From Monocercomonoides exilis PA203 (lineage: Eukaryota > Protista > Preaxostyla): a stretch of DNA of 64,000 nt. A program made the position numbers and the translations under genes. Positions 25,301-34,203 of the stretch are shown here, in pieces; the stretch's first letter is position 1; every line of letters begins with the position of its first letter. The notes under the pieces were generated by a model. That model did no database searches. It saw only the letters and a program-made list of their open reading frames with translations, and was not told the DNA's origin. The stretch spans positions 310,001 through 374,000 of the forward strand of contig LSRY02000009.1 in assembly GCA_001643675.2 (NCBI GenBank), written 5' to 3'.

Positions 25301-28300
25301 GTGTATGTTGCGACGAGACTGACAGAGGATCTTGACTTTTGCTTTGTGAACATGAATTTTAGTGCAAACAGTGCAAAAGCAGGGCGGGATATATTTGTTG
25401 AGTGCCATCGAATTTCCAGTCAGATAAATGAGACACAGTTTCTGATGGATCTGCGGGAGTCTGTGTATGTGCGACTGAATGCAATCTGTGGGATAGACAG
25501 AACGGAGCACACGAGCGAGCCAATTGATTTGATGAGCATCATTGCAATCTTTCAGTCTGACAGTATTGTATTGTCGAGTGCCTTGGGGAAGAATGGAAAG
25601 AATGAGCGAAATTGCGGAAGTCGAGCGAATCCGTGCTTGTCCATTGAGTATGGGTTGGGTCATGTGACGAGAGATGTGGAAGCGAGGATGCTTGTGGATG
25701 AAGAGTCAAAGTTGATGAGTAAGGTGGATCTCCATGATTTGACGCTGACGGCTCTTAATGCACCTGGAAAGAAAGGTGTTGTTGCTGTGATGGAGAATGC
25801 TTTTGTTCCAGGGATTGAAGCAGTTGTGAGAAGTGAAGGTTTTGTGTCCGTTTTGTATCTTGTATTTGTGGTGCAAACCTCACAAACGCTGCAACATTCA
25901 ACGCTTTTTGCAGTCGAGTCTGGATTTTTCTTGATGAGCCAATGTGGTTTTAGTGGACTGGAATCAGATGAACAATTGAGTGACTTTCATTTTGTTTGTC
26001 TAAGCTTTGGGGGAGGGAGTGCTCAGTTGTTTGATATCAAGTTTGAGTCGTTGCATGTGACATCAAGCTGTCTGATCGAGTGCCAGAGTGGCTGTGAGAG
26101 TGTCTTGATGGAGAAGATCGGAATGAGCAATATCACTTGTGATAGATGGTGCATTCATGTTGATGATGATGGGGAACAAGTTTGGGAACAAGAAGGAGAA
26201 AGAATGATAGAGCTTAGTGGTGCAGATACGAAGAATATTACATGTTCTTCATTGGATGGAAGTGTAATAAGGCTCAAATCAAAACACTTTCCCGTGCTTA
26301 TTCGAAACAGCACATTTGGAAGTTGTGCAAACACGAAAAATGAAAAGGGAGAAGTTTTGTTAATAAGTTCATGTTCAAATGTGATTATTGAATCGAGTGT
26401 TGTTGATGGAGAAATTGAGAGAGATAAGAGGAACATAAACAGACTTTCCTCGAGTGCTGGAGATGAACTGTGCAAATGGAATGGATCTCTTGTTGATTGT
26501 GTGAATTCTCATGTGGAACTTAATGATACAACGATCAAGAATTCGGAAGTTGGTGGATTATCTGTATCAAGTGGGAACGTTGGGGTGATGATGAGCATGT
26601 TTTCAGGGAATGATCCGTCAGTGAAAGGATATCCATCTGCTCGACGGAACATTATTTGCACAGACCATGCAATATTGAACATCAGGAGTCTGAAGGGAGG
26701 GGATGGAGCTGTGAGAAATTCATCCTTATGGATCGTGAGTGAGAATTGTGAAATGGAAGGAATAGTGGGGGAATGCACTTCTTCATTTTTCATTCCGTTG
26801 CTAGAGTCAGTGGAGAAAGAAGATGAAGGAACTGCGACAAAGCTGAAGCTAAAAGGTCAGCTTCTTTTGCCTTGCAATCTGATGTTGAGATTAGTTTTCA
26901 GGAGGGTCAGCGAAGAGCAGATTGAGAAATTCGGTTTTGACACAGATGGGTTTATCTCAGAGAATGAAGTTCACTCATGGGTATCAACAGAAAAGCTGGG
27001 AAATGTCGAAAATGAAACAGAAGTTTCTGTGTCGCTTCAATATGGAGATCCTTCGACACCGAGTTTTTCCAATTCTTTGATTCTGAAGAACAAGAGTGAA
27101 ACAAAGGTGAATGAAGATGGAAATCTTTCTGAAGTGGGAAAAGAAGGGAAATCCTCATCTTCAACAGTTATTATAATTGTTTTGGTCGTGATCTTGTTGA
27201 TTGTTCTTATTGTATCCATTCTTGTCACAATACGATGGAGAAAACAAAAGAGACGAACTGAAGAATTGGAGGTGATTGTGGAAGACACAGTGAAAAAGGA
27301 TCCAAAGGCGATTGAGATGGTGACGATGGAGATGTCTCCAGAGGAGCAGTGGAGGAAAGCAGAGAGAGAGGCAGAGAAGAAGAATGAAGAAAAGATGAAG
27401 AAAAGAGTGTACGCGAAAAGTTTAGGACACTCTGAGTCATCGGAGCATCTTCTCTCCGAGAGTGGCTCAACAGAATATATCCTTGGAAAAGACTCAGACA
27501 AGATTCCCGATTGGGCACTGGAGAAAGATGAGGAAGAAGAGATAAGGAAGAGAACACCATCTCCATCAATTTCTTCTTCTTGTTCAACTGATTCAGATTC
27601 CACTTTTGTTCGAGGAGAAGATCTGTGCCCGACAACCTCGTCGATGTCGAACTTGGTGGATGCAATGGCCTGTTCATCACCTCATGAGAAATTGATTGTG
27701 GATCTGAGGGATTCGCTGTTCATGTTGTTGCATGGGCTGAATAAGACAAAAGAGATGGCAATTGGCACACTGAAAGAGCGAGAAATGACAGCTGCTCAGA
27801 TCCTGTTCTGGGTGGTCAACCTTGCGCTGTACTCGTTTGATGAAATGGAAAACCCTCTTCAATCTCTTTCCAATCTGAGTCCTCACATTGTTCTCTTCTC
27901 AGAACACATGGTGATATGCATTGTCATGCATTCTGATTTATTGTCTGATGATGACTCAGATTCCTCATCCATCTCATCATCAACTGTTGTCACATCTGCT
28001 AGTGGCAATGATGATGATGATGATGACTCTCTGCCCTCGTCTGCATTTGAAGATGAAGATGCTTTCAAAAAAGAGTGCCTGAGGTGGAAGGCGCCAGAGC
28101 TGCAGATTAACAAGAAGATGGGAGCAACGAAGGAGTCGGCTGCATTCTCAATCGGGATGATGTTGTGGGAGTGCTTGACGCTTCAGATCCCGTTTGGTGA
28201 GTATCCAGCAGAGGTGGCAGGGCAGAAGATTGTGAATGGAGAGAGGCCAAACTTGGAAGCTGTTGAGTGTGTGAGCTGGAGTGAGCTTGTGAAGTGCTGT

Positions 28301-28465
28301 TGGGCAGGGCAGCTGTCAGAGCGGAAGACGCTTGGAGAAGTGAAGCGAGAGTTGATTGGACATTTTCCAGCTGGAGCTGTGATGGTTACGATGTCAGACG
28401 CGATTGATCTGAGGAGGGAAAATGAAAGTGGAAGCGGAAGAAGCGATGATGGATACAGATGCTAA
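16370..28465 (+). CDS. Giant receptor-like membrane protein: signal peptide, 8 Cys-anchored beta-helix (Pmp/pectin-lyase-like) modules, TM helix, cytoplasmic TKL-like pseudokinase
   Basis: Intronless 12-kb ORF; likely start ATG 16370 with hydrophobic FLPFLVIVFMCICVGC. GGAI/GGG(V/M) and FxxN motifs; recurring G.D...CG....PC motif; TM TVIIIVLVVILLIVLIVSILVTI followed by RWRKQKRR (~27163-27255); C-terminal RWKAPE, FSIGMMLWE, PF, ERP, CW...R kinase C-lobe motifs. Confidence 0.88.
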   Translation: MKNNNFIENGFLPFLVIVFMCICVGCQKREFDNLPFQMNEKYKNRLQFNFWGNREGKSTEKLELHEMVSQWQISQISKCGKDEFTRISHFCFLSNSSLTYQKVFLLRHEGIKQTFEIERKGALSLECCKVRSSCDYSSLTKTSTANVSIFNISISSSQSPASCSSPLCEGKDTHFLIEQSSICSLIVAKDSFVLIGKGSNWAHLQGCSFINITQLQKNQISFPCHSSSFLSSSSTYSSNRSLQKPSLPFQHLKEFRNSITEQDSIVRTESCTFKLNALDHNNAFFGKKRLLSATSINSTFNTRQELLTGNHSFERCSFCSQSEELGGAISSSAALMIRVCIFFKCNCTKAIDPHGGAIFISGYEQFLLEESNFSDCRALYGGAACLRSRVFFSVLNCRFLSSPSDQGVIQFCDNHEGASYSGCVFADNNKDYDSGVGRISYSGKNFEFHDCLFENNKAKRTGGILVYVPFESSSFFNISFVTCFFSGNEATITGAHASDVYALNNWSNLTKQSFVETFSTSIEPHLFIDNGASGHENWIPFPPSPKPMVKLHSSAQRGSDDANCGNETFLCLTLKYTFDSRWRGSGKLPMVVHRGEKAEETIVIGSESVEISGEDKERTVLYSKVTRDGGGLFEISSGSLELSTMTLIHSRSSSCGQSSLFTITSAGTLSVREAVVKGDRYEESYFEKSACDLKEGRTKMENVVFCDFCVSSASLISVGQACELNLTSVDISEITNMNGDGGAVSGVVGSGKVVIIENASFMGCKSEKGKGGGVDVVVRSGGTLKIGATLSCSIDVCSAGNEGGLKGKGGGVYLRVDDGATGYVFDGLGFGANNQAWKGNNMFVSGDDLKRIVSKEHFKGCIEADREHDNDATGSESSDEEYIIPLSIYMIQPFPIPGFVGGRNCKDFNNCGFDGYPCSTMNFLSSVQFPNSDCTIILNPNFVLNEVVAIEDCAWNVSCELVGERVEAAKVDSVTSEGMIMVKNQTEFANIGFYLPANLGAATSFISCSSGTLHMKCCSASLVDMFSEQKVSFSIVRVTGGRIHMESFISETGIEFSSSSMIWVDGGCEVVLCECKMVGVKKESGNGGCIFAEKKKIRMAIDSCNFSGCGVVGSSSCGGGMMAEVKGENELFINGTTAFDGCVAPGGEGVNGRGGGMMIRVEEVPLKFEIGGDVTFGSLENNDARYGKDVFVLCERGVHLREVINRSSFEFFDFKTIPTDALQLSGMENGNESCVIPLHVFLCSVGTQLAVDGSCGTDHDFCGFASFPCLTVDYCAGRRAGNNVESVMLESRSSINGEFAFPLLAMSVTSQVRPGIKVDVHDNGDVEQEGLVECASNIRFENISFALPLSMKESHCSFLISKKNLKLTECVFAFLGDKEGVFVEFGVIHVCSGDLTMKGVCLVDGIGFHGCSGFTVENGGKITMEDCVLCNVSQRNGNGGCMTLRGKSGENPFVRMRNVTIGGACEAGMSLKGGGLLVVLDAGIELTMEKVGFKNCSVPAEDSESVGRGLGGGMFLELLDGSGVLTLSELKFEACSAWKGRNMFADAMQLDIVVNNSTMKFGMEGMEREDLMGFEESTTKTEYWIPLEVYFREIGGGGYVGGKEDEGFDHSGCGFGDVPCESVGFLLSRRIKSSQNVTEIHIYPSFAFKECLSFSNKNIFLRGLDKSLQTKFVRNITGEGSNVVESFVDVEISDMSFDAPFEFGPIARMNLFFVGQKTMKMLGCSCAWRSDETKSVEYNFARVEGGTLEIVGFEARYVKLGNSGMFVVEGNEARGRFSGMAIDSVSCNGQKGLMVGRLCSMWINDSSVSGSELLQNCALLSVDECAETIVDNTSLSDWKRQIGNGGGIEGKVGKGCSFKMRQCNMTNCGALIGNGKGGGMMISLSSSGRMELDDNTVKENIVSEQSGQGGGLFINIDSTEVNYWVRRNMFASNVGLIGWDVYVVCPSPRTMITLVVWEGFDEGAGENNFWVGDGEAGSNEGVSLKTYLFPGDEEIVFVDESGKNEANCGMFSVEGFCRDVGYGMGRMNESQWIVQIKTKADLEKEVERREHPLAIRGKNSESVMNVKAEGHLLLSSSLEPNNLMLSSLRIWLPEEKSEYDEFVCVESGKLSITSCSFGKIGEEKRQYFEWIVNGRGGELGFVSVSVHGMPFKGGYGMVCVRGECYASVENSSVGEVSGESGGIIVIGQGGEMMVNSSNITQSSSQKGGVIRMEKGSNLQVENDCNFVGCLANEGDGGMINSEMNEYSVFTIRSSTLKGCSVNTDDGKGGSVFVEMTGNGVFFFGNVSFSENVAWAGRDMFVRSVDLNESMKSTCFEEVLFDEEGRVCVDFAGSDEANFGGVIVDLKLLLVQYVSEEIRVSKKGCDVLGCGSETYPCQSFWRGFENVKGSLDSKRVVITDGTFVENEYDLSGCEICSEGSSANDSGEKSRLEFKTEIKGERGKTVITGQGALSFAGLVFALPYSFSSGHEILITYSSMSESEALIVRKCLFDCSSSRKVDVYLIKGIRGKVEIGECVVGTVQFVSTPFVLQCDTNISSCTVEGISSECEEGGAMKIILDSVVTRLQMKNITTVRCQCVKEESKGGFLYVDSSKANQETPFVFEEMVFDGNEAWKGKNIFVVERDLNRTVSERAFRFDFEPLKDDENAFVGRDVFNEATDLSRFLVSFSSGQIYVGEKGFDVKRCGSKRDPCCSFWRGMQQLEAGAEKKAIFIWEKTKITDGFDLSEMVIASASLSSRKAASPHGITNADGFENQMATFEFERSDSSGSGGNVKNRKALLLEMINLLVQSSLQNEKKAVIINEDGMLNITDCSFSLKEIPEQEGNINMVRMEKGRMVVCRLSCESTSFCESVLLVNGDGVECDLNEIVFISVSIRSGSVVETFAMEESVKGLHEGCALSLCNSTFSSITGNGVEPSGMISEGSGGAGLVVNGSRFEGCLGNKSMKGGVCLFELSEGGVMRMVDCLMVRCGCSMEGRGGGVYVATRLTEDLDFCFVNMNFSANSAKAGRDIFVECHRISSQINETQFLMDLRESVYVRLNAICGIDRTEHTSEPIDLMSIIAIFQSDSIVLSSALGKNGKNERNCGSRANPCLSIEYGLGHVTRDVEARMLVDEESKLMSKVDLHDLTLTALNAPGKKGVVAVMENAFVPGIEAVVRSEGFVSVLYLVFVVQTSQTLQHSTLFAVESGFFLMSQCGFSGLESDEQLSDFHFVCLSFGGGSAQLFDIKFESLHVTSSCLIECQSGCESVLMEKIGMSNITCDRWCIHVDDDGEQVWEQEGERMIELSGADTKNITCSSLDGSVIRLKSKHFPVLIRNSTFGSCANTKNEKGEVLLISSCSNVIIESSVVDGEIERDKRNINRLSSSAGDELCKWNGSLVDCVNSHVELNDTTIKNSEVGGLSVSSGNVGVMMSMFSGNDPSVKGYPSARRNIICTDHAILNIRSLKGGDGAVRNSSLWIVSENCEMEGIVGECTSSFFIPLLESVEKEDEGTATKLKLKGQLLLPCNLMLRLVFRRVSEEQIEKFGFDTDGFISENEVHSWVSTEKLGNVENETEVSVSLQYGDPSTPSFSNSLILKNKSETKVNEDGNLSEVGKEGKSSSSTVIIIVLVVILLIVLIVSILVTIRWRKQKRRTEELEVIVEDTVKKDPKAIEMVTMEMSPEEQWRKAEREAEKKNEEKMKKRVYAKSLGHSESSEHLLSESGSTEYILGKDSDKIPDWALEKDEEEEIRKRTPSPSISSSCSTDSDSTFVRGEDLCPTTSSMSNLVDAMACSSPHEKLIVDLRDSLFMLLHGLNKTKEMAIGTLKEREMTAAQILFWVVNLALYSFDEMENPLQSLSNLSPHIVLFSEHMVICIVMHSDLLSDDDSDSSSISSSTVVTSASGNDDDDDDSLPSSAFEDEDAFKKECLRWKAPELQINKKMGATKESAAFSIGMMLWECLTLQIPFGEYPAEVAGQKIVNGERPNLEAVECVSWSELVKCCWAGQLSERKTLGEVKRELIGHFPAGAVMVTMSDAIDLRRENESGSGRSDDGYRC

Positions 28466-29084
28466 AAGTTGAAGGTGAAGCTGGAACAAGAGAAGTGAAA
28501 GGACGGGTGCTGAACAAGAGCTGCTGAACCGATGAGTTTCAGATGAATGTTTACTGAGTTTGTTCAGAACAGATGGCATTATGTGAGCACCCATATGGTG
28601 AGCAAAGCCGAAAGATGCTGCAAAATATGTATGCAAGTTTCTTCTTCTTCTTTTCTTCTCTTTTGAAGAGAAATTCTTCCAAGTTATTTCTTCGCTGATT
28701 GATTGAAATGAAAAGATTAACCTAGTTTGAAGAGAAAAAGGATGCAAACGGGAGAGGATGAGGATAATGTTTTTGTTGTTTGTGGGAAGAAAAATATTTA
28801 ATATTGTTGCTCAGCAATGCCTGCTGAGGAGAGATTTTCTTCTCACTCCTTAGCATGCATTCCTTCTGTTTTCCGTTGAGTGCGCTGCTTTTAAAAGCCT
28901 GAAGATAGAGAGACACAACGAGAGAGGTGTCTGAAAATGCTATGAGAGTAATAACTTTTTTTGTGATATGTGATATTTAGACTTTTAAGATTTTTTGGTT
29001 TAACGTTATGTTTCCGTTTTTCGAATTCTTTCGTTAAATTTTTCGTAAACAATTTCTGTCTGTTTTTATTTTCAAAATGAAGCA

Positions 29085-29085
<1 letters not shown>

Positions 29086-29129
<44 letters not shown>
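29086..29129. repeat. Poly-T tract (~44 nt)
   Basis: Seen directly. Confidence 0.9.
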
Positions 29130-29130
<1 letters not shown>

Positions 29131-29539
29131 ATCTCAAAAAGATATGTAACTTCAGATATTTGAGAAATTGATCAAATTATTTGAATTTGTGAAAAAACTG
29201 AGATTGGTTTCAAACCTTTTCTGCAATTGTATCACAATAGGTCTTCCATAACAATTCATAAAAATTAAAAAAAAAAATATGGAGTCTTTCAAAATTGAGA
29301 AAACCATTTGAAAATTATGAAATGAATATATTACAAAAAGCAAACTATTTCTTCCCACATATCTTTTAACATATGCAACAAAAATAGATAAATATCTGTG
29401 AACATTGACTTTATCACATGACAATTGTCATTTTTTTTTTCATCTTTTATTTGCGATGAAATCATTCGTTGTTATAGTGATATTGTAGTATTCGTTAAAA
29501 ACACTATAAAATAAAACCATAACTGAAACATTTCATATA

Positions 29540-30550
29540 GGGTCAACTTTTTAATGGGACTTTTTTACTTATTGGCACTTTTTATGTTTGAAGCTGCCAA
29601 TCAACAAAAAGTCCCCAATGAATTTCAACACATACACCACACTTTTTAACTTGTTTCAGCCGATACTTTTGCAGTTTGTTTTTATATTTTTATTCATTAG
29701 TCATTGAGAAATTTCGTTTTTTTAGTTAAATTTGAATGGACATTTACCAGCCAACCAGGCAACGCCCATGAAATCGGGGACATGTTTTGAATAGCTTTTA
29801 CTAAGATCTATCAATTTTTATATTCTTTTTTTTCACAAACACTTTTTTCTTGTTTTTTTTCACATTTCATTTTTTTAACAAAATGCAAACATAAAACCGA
29901 TTATTTCTTTGTTTATATAATGAAATGATAAAAATAAAAATATGATATGTAAAATAAACATATTTATGATGATGTGTATTAAAAGTTGAATATTAAAATT
30001 TTCTAATTGTTAAGAAATCATCAAAACAACAAAAGTTTGATCAAAGATCAAAAGCAGTTGGTCCCATTTTGCTGTTCAAGATAAATTGAAAAAAACAATG
30101 ATTAATATTTTCAACATTTCATTATAAAAGTGTTTGTTTTGTATATCATATTTTAATTCTTATCATTTCATTATATAAACAAAGAAATAATCGGTTTTGT
30201 TATTGCATTTTGTTAAAAAATGAAATGTGAAAAAAAACAAGAAAAAAGTGTTTGTGAAAAAAAAGAATATAAAAATTGATAGATCTTAGTAAAAGCTATT
30301 CAAAACATGTCCCCGATTTCATGGGCGTTGCCTGGTTGGCTGGTAAATGTCCATTCAAATTTAACTAAAAAAACGAAATTTCTCAATGACTAATGAATAA
30401 AAATATAAAAACAAACTGCAAAAGTATCGGCTGAAACAAGTTAAAAAGTGTGGTGTATGTGTTGAAATTCATTGGGGACTTTTTGTTGATTGGCAGCTTC
30501 AAACATAAAAAGTGCCAATAAGTAAAAAAGTCCCATTAAAAAGTTGACCC
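29540..30550. mobile_element. Non-autonomous foldback DNA transposon (MITE-like), long TIRs, TA target duplication (Tc1/mariner/pogo-type)
   Basis: TA|GGGTCAACTTTTTAATGGGAC... at 29538 and ...GTCCCATTAAAAAGTTGACCC|TA at 30552. Arms are near-identical for ~350 bp and recognisable to ~430 bp, with a short AT-rich core and no ORF. Confidence 0.85.
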
Positions 30551-31559
30551 TATGAATACATTTTTCAGATGTGTTTTCAAGTTGTTAACAATAAGGAAAT
30601 TTAAAAAATAAATTGACTTTATGAATTACGTAATTTTTTTTTATTTTTCAGAAAAAATTCACTTGCACCAGAATTGAAAAACGCATTCCTTTCATTTTTT
30701 TTTTCAAATAATTCAATTGCGAATTTCATCTTTTCTTTTGATGAAAATATAATTTTAAGTGCTAGCTTTCGTACAAATTTGCAGGTGAACTTTAAAGGTT
30801 GAAAAGTTGGATTTCTTTTGTATGATAATTTTTGAAATCATGGCTTTAATTTAAAAGTGTTGATTCTTCCAAAAAAATATTGTTTTTATGTGGTGAACTT
30901 TTAATTAAAATGAATGACGCATAATAAAAATTTCCAAAAATTATGATTCAGATTCAATTCTTGATGAATTTGTCATTATTTTGAGTTTTGAATTTTTTGC
31001 ATTCATTATTCAATACTAAAAGAGTATTTTTTGCACCTAAATTTTTAACAGAAAGATTTTGGATAAAAAAATATAACCCATTTTTTTAAAAAAGTCGGAA
31101 ATAAAACCTTCTGATATCGTGTATGTCAAAATTTTTATATATTCCTCAATCTTTTGGTATATGGAATCAAAAAAAAAAGCAGATGAGATCCTCATCGCAT
31201 TTGCTGTCCAGGATTGTTTAATAAAGAATGAATGGAATAATTTGAAGATAACGCAACTTCTATTTTATCTTGCTCAAAAAAAAGCTGTTTCAGATCTCAT
31301 TTGATTTATATGCGATTTAATATTTTTTTCAAATCAATCTATTTTATTTTTCTCAGGCAGAAAACGTTATTATGTGAAATTTTAAAAAACACACACCTGC
31401 TTTGGAGTGTTTCGAAATTACTGAAATGTGAATGTTGATTCATGGAGAAATCCAACTTATTGAAGTTAATCAAATCAACGTTCATTGGTTTCTGTTGATT
31501 AAAGTCTCAAACAAGTGAAAATTCGAAAAATTAATTTTCTTTGTTAAAAAGTGTCATTG

Positions 31560-32150
31560 ATTTATTCAAGATATTTTTGGATTCGATCAACATGTTCAAG
31601 GCCGATTATTGCGTGAAACAGTCATATAAAAAAATAGTCGTTTCATAATTAGTGCAGGTTCTCCTTTTCCTGAATCAGAAAGATACAAAAATGCAAAATT
31701 GTTTTGCACTGTTTGCTGAGGGAACATCACTGGATCATGGGATCTTGTAGCTATCTCAGATCCTTTCCGATGATTTCAAAAAATAGAAGTCAAATTGGAG
31801 CAATGTTTTGCAAATGGGAATGGATTGAAGACAAGAAACGATTTCGGAAAAAATATCGAAATTTCATCTTCAATAATTAATTTAGAAATAAGAGAGTTGA
31901 ATGAACCATTTGTTCAAGATTTGATTATCCTAGATGGTCATTCGTCTCGCCTTTTTTTTTCGGAAATGTCATGGTGCAGATAACATTTTTTTCTTCATAC
32001 AATTCTTCCTTTACATACTACTCACCTGACTCAGCCCTTGGACAGATTTGTATTTGAACATTTCAAAAAAATGTTTGAAAAGAACATTTCTGGTTCCTTC
32101 GGATTTCTCTGTATCTTCCGATCAAAAAGCATTTATTCCACCTGTTTCTG
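31560..32150 (+). pseudogene. pogo/Fot1-like DDE_1 (DD35D) transposase relic
   Basis: LIILDGHSSR (~31920-31950), an in-frame TAA (31981), then ILPLHTTHLTQPLDRFVFEHFKK (32002-32070) in the same frame. There are 35 residues between the two Asp, matching the DDE_1 'LLILDGHxSH...LPPHTTHxLQPLD' signature. Confidence 0.85.
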
Positions 32151-34203
32151 ATTCAGTTAAGGATTCTTTTTTGTGAAAAATTTATTGTAATCATTTGAAA
32201 TATGTGAAATTTATCTTTTTGACTCTTCTTCCGTTAATCAGTGTCTTCTGCAGAAAATTGAAGCCTCTTCGATGGTTGAAAAAGTGACAAATAAACCTTC
32301 TCTTTCAAGTAGCATTAGCATGAAATCCAAACAGGAGATGATTTCTTTGAAAACTGCACCACTCAACTGGAAAAAATGAAAAAAACCGAATTCATGTTTT
32401 TCATTGAAATGCAACATTTTTAAATATTGTGAAAATGAATCAACAATAATTTTTAACAAAAGATCTTGTATTTCTGAATAAACAGAAAGCGTCAAAACTC
32501 AAAAACATGAAAAGAGAGCTATTGTTTGTGAAGAAGCTATATGAAAATTTTCTGATATAGAAAAAGTGCATGGAAATCCATTTGAAAATACTTTCGAAAA
32601 TGTACTGTCCACAAGTGAAAAAAAGAAAAAGAAACACTTCCGATAAAGCTCTGGGTTCAATATTTGATTTCGGTCATTAATTTTTTCAAGAGGAGCCTCG
32701 TTGTTGAATGCAATGAAAATCAACGTATTGTTTTCATTTAATGTATTTTTTAATGTTTTTCAAAATCTTTAAAACACTCTCTAAACATGACTCTCATATC
32801 GAAATATTGAACGCTGGAGTTAAATATCCTTTAATCTGTTTTTTTCTTACAAAATCGATGATAATCATTGTGTTCAGATTTTTTTTAAATCAAAAATATT
32901 GGTTTGACAGTTTATCTATTCATTTTAGAATAATTCATCTTGGAATGCAAGTGTTCAATTTTTTGGGTGTGTTGTTATTCATTCATTTGGAACACAGAAA
33001 TTTGCAGCAATTACTAAGCATTTTTCACAGCAAATAATCCTTGTCAGATATGGAAAACTGTCAAACAAATGGTGATGAAAAAAAAGCAGTGATGTCAAAA
33101 ATAATTATCACCCATATCAAAACATGTTTCACAGCTGAATACCATTTTGATCAATACGTTTTCACATATGGGGCAAAATATTTCACTTTAGTCATTTTCA
33201 TTGAAAAATTATTCACTTTTCATTGACTTTAAGAGATCAAAAAACATAATATAAATGTGTTCGTTTTTTGACATTCGTGAAATGTTAAAAAACTTTATGT
33301 TTTAATTTCGACGATACCTGTTTTCGGATATGAAAATCAAATTTATTTCTGAATCTGAGAAAGAGAAATTAAGAAATGAGTGAAACAATTTTTTCAAACA
33401 TTGTGCATAAAAAGCTTGAAAGTCCGTATTTTCCCCCATATTAATTAAACTATGCAAGTTTCCTTGGCTTTTAACCTTTTTCAGTTTCTATCTTCATGTG
33501 TTTTTCTTTGTTCGTTTTCTTTCAATAACATTGAGACCAATGGTAAATTATTTCAGTTGCTGTGAATTATTAATGTTTTGATCTTTTTTATTTTTTCTTT
33601 TTCATGCTTTTTTCATGCTTTTCATTTTTTTGAGTTCGTTTCTTTCATCAATCTGGTTTTTATAATTAAACAATGAAAACGGAAAAAATAATTGAAATTT
33701 CAAAAGAAATATTTAATATATTTTGGAATTCAAAATTTGAAGCTGATGAATTTTGCAAGCTTGTGTTTCTGGATGAATGTCTTCAAGAGAAAAATACTTG
33801 TATAATGAATTCTTCACAAATAAATGTGATACTGAATGTTCAAATTGAATATTTTACCAAACTAATTTTCTGAATAATAATTTTTTTGAATATTGTTCTT
33901 GTAGTTATTTCATTTTTTTTTTAAAAAATGCAAATAATTCTTCTCTCAAAAAATCAAGTGAGTGAAATAATTATGATTACTATTATATTAGTGTTCCTTG
34001 CGTTTTTTTCTTTTGAAATATTGAATTATTTTTCAATAAAATGTCAATAAATGTGCGAATGCAGATTTCCTATATCGAGTTTCCTTTTTTTGAGACCGTT
34101 TCATCCGGGTCTTGCTAAAATTATGTTTTCGAACAAAACGTTAAAACTATTCCAAAAAATTGATCAATAAATAATTTTTTTTGAATTTTCAAGGATTGCA
34201 TAA

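Noticed and set aside
16774-28113. Many 100-240-aa minus-strand ORFs opposite the giant receptor gene
   Set aside because: Antisense shadows of a long coding strand; no independent motifs.
29530-30560. hAT assignment from TAGGG...CCCTA ends
   Set aside because: Flanking 8-mers differ (atttcata vs tgaataca); a TA duplication fits better.
31981-31983. In-frame TAA inside the transposase, suggesting TAA/TAG=Gln reassignment
   Set aside because: Intact genes here end in TAA (5729, 15153, 40163, 45443) and long ORFs have no internal TAA/TAG, so this is ordinary pseudogene decay.
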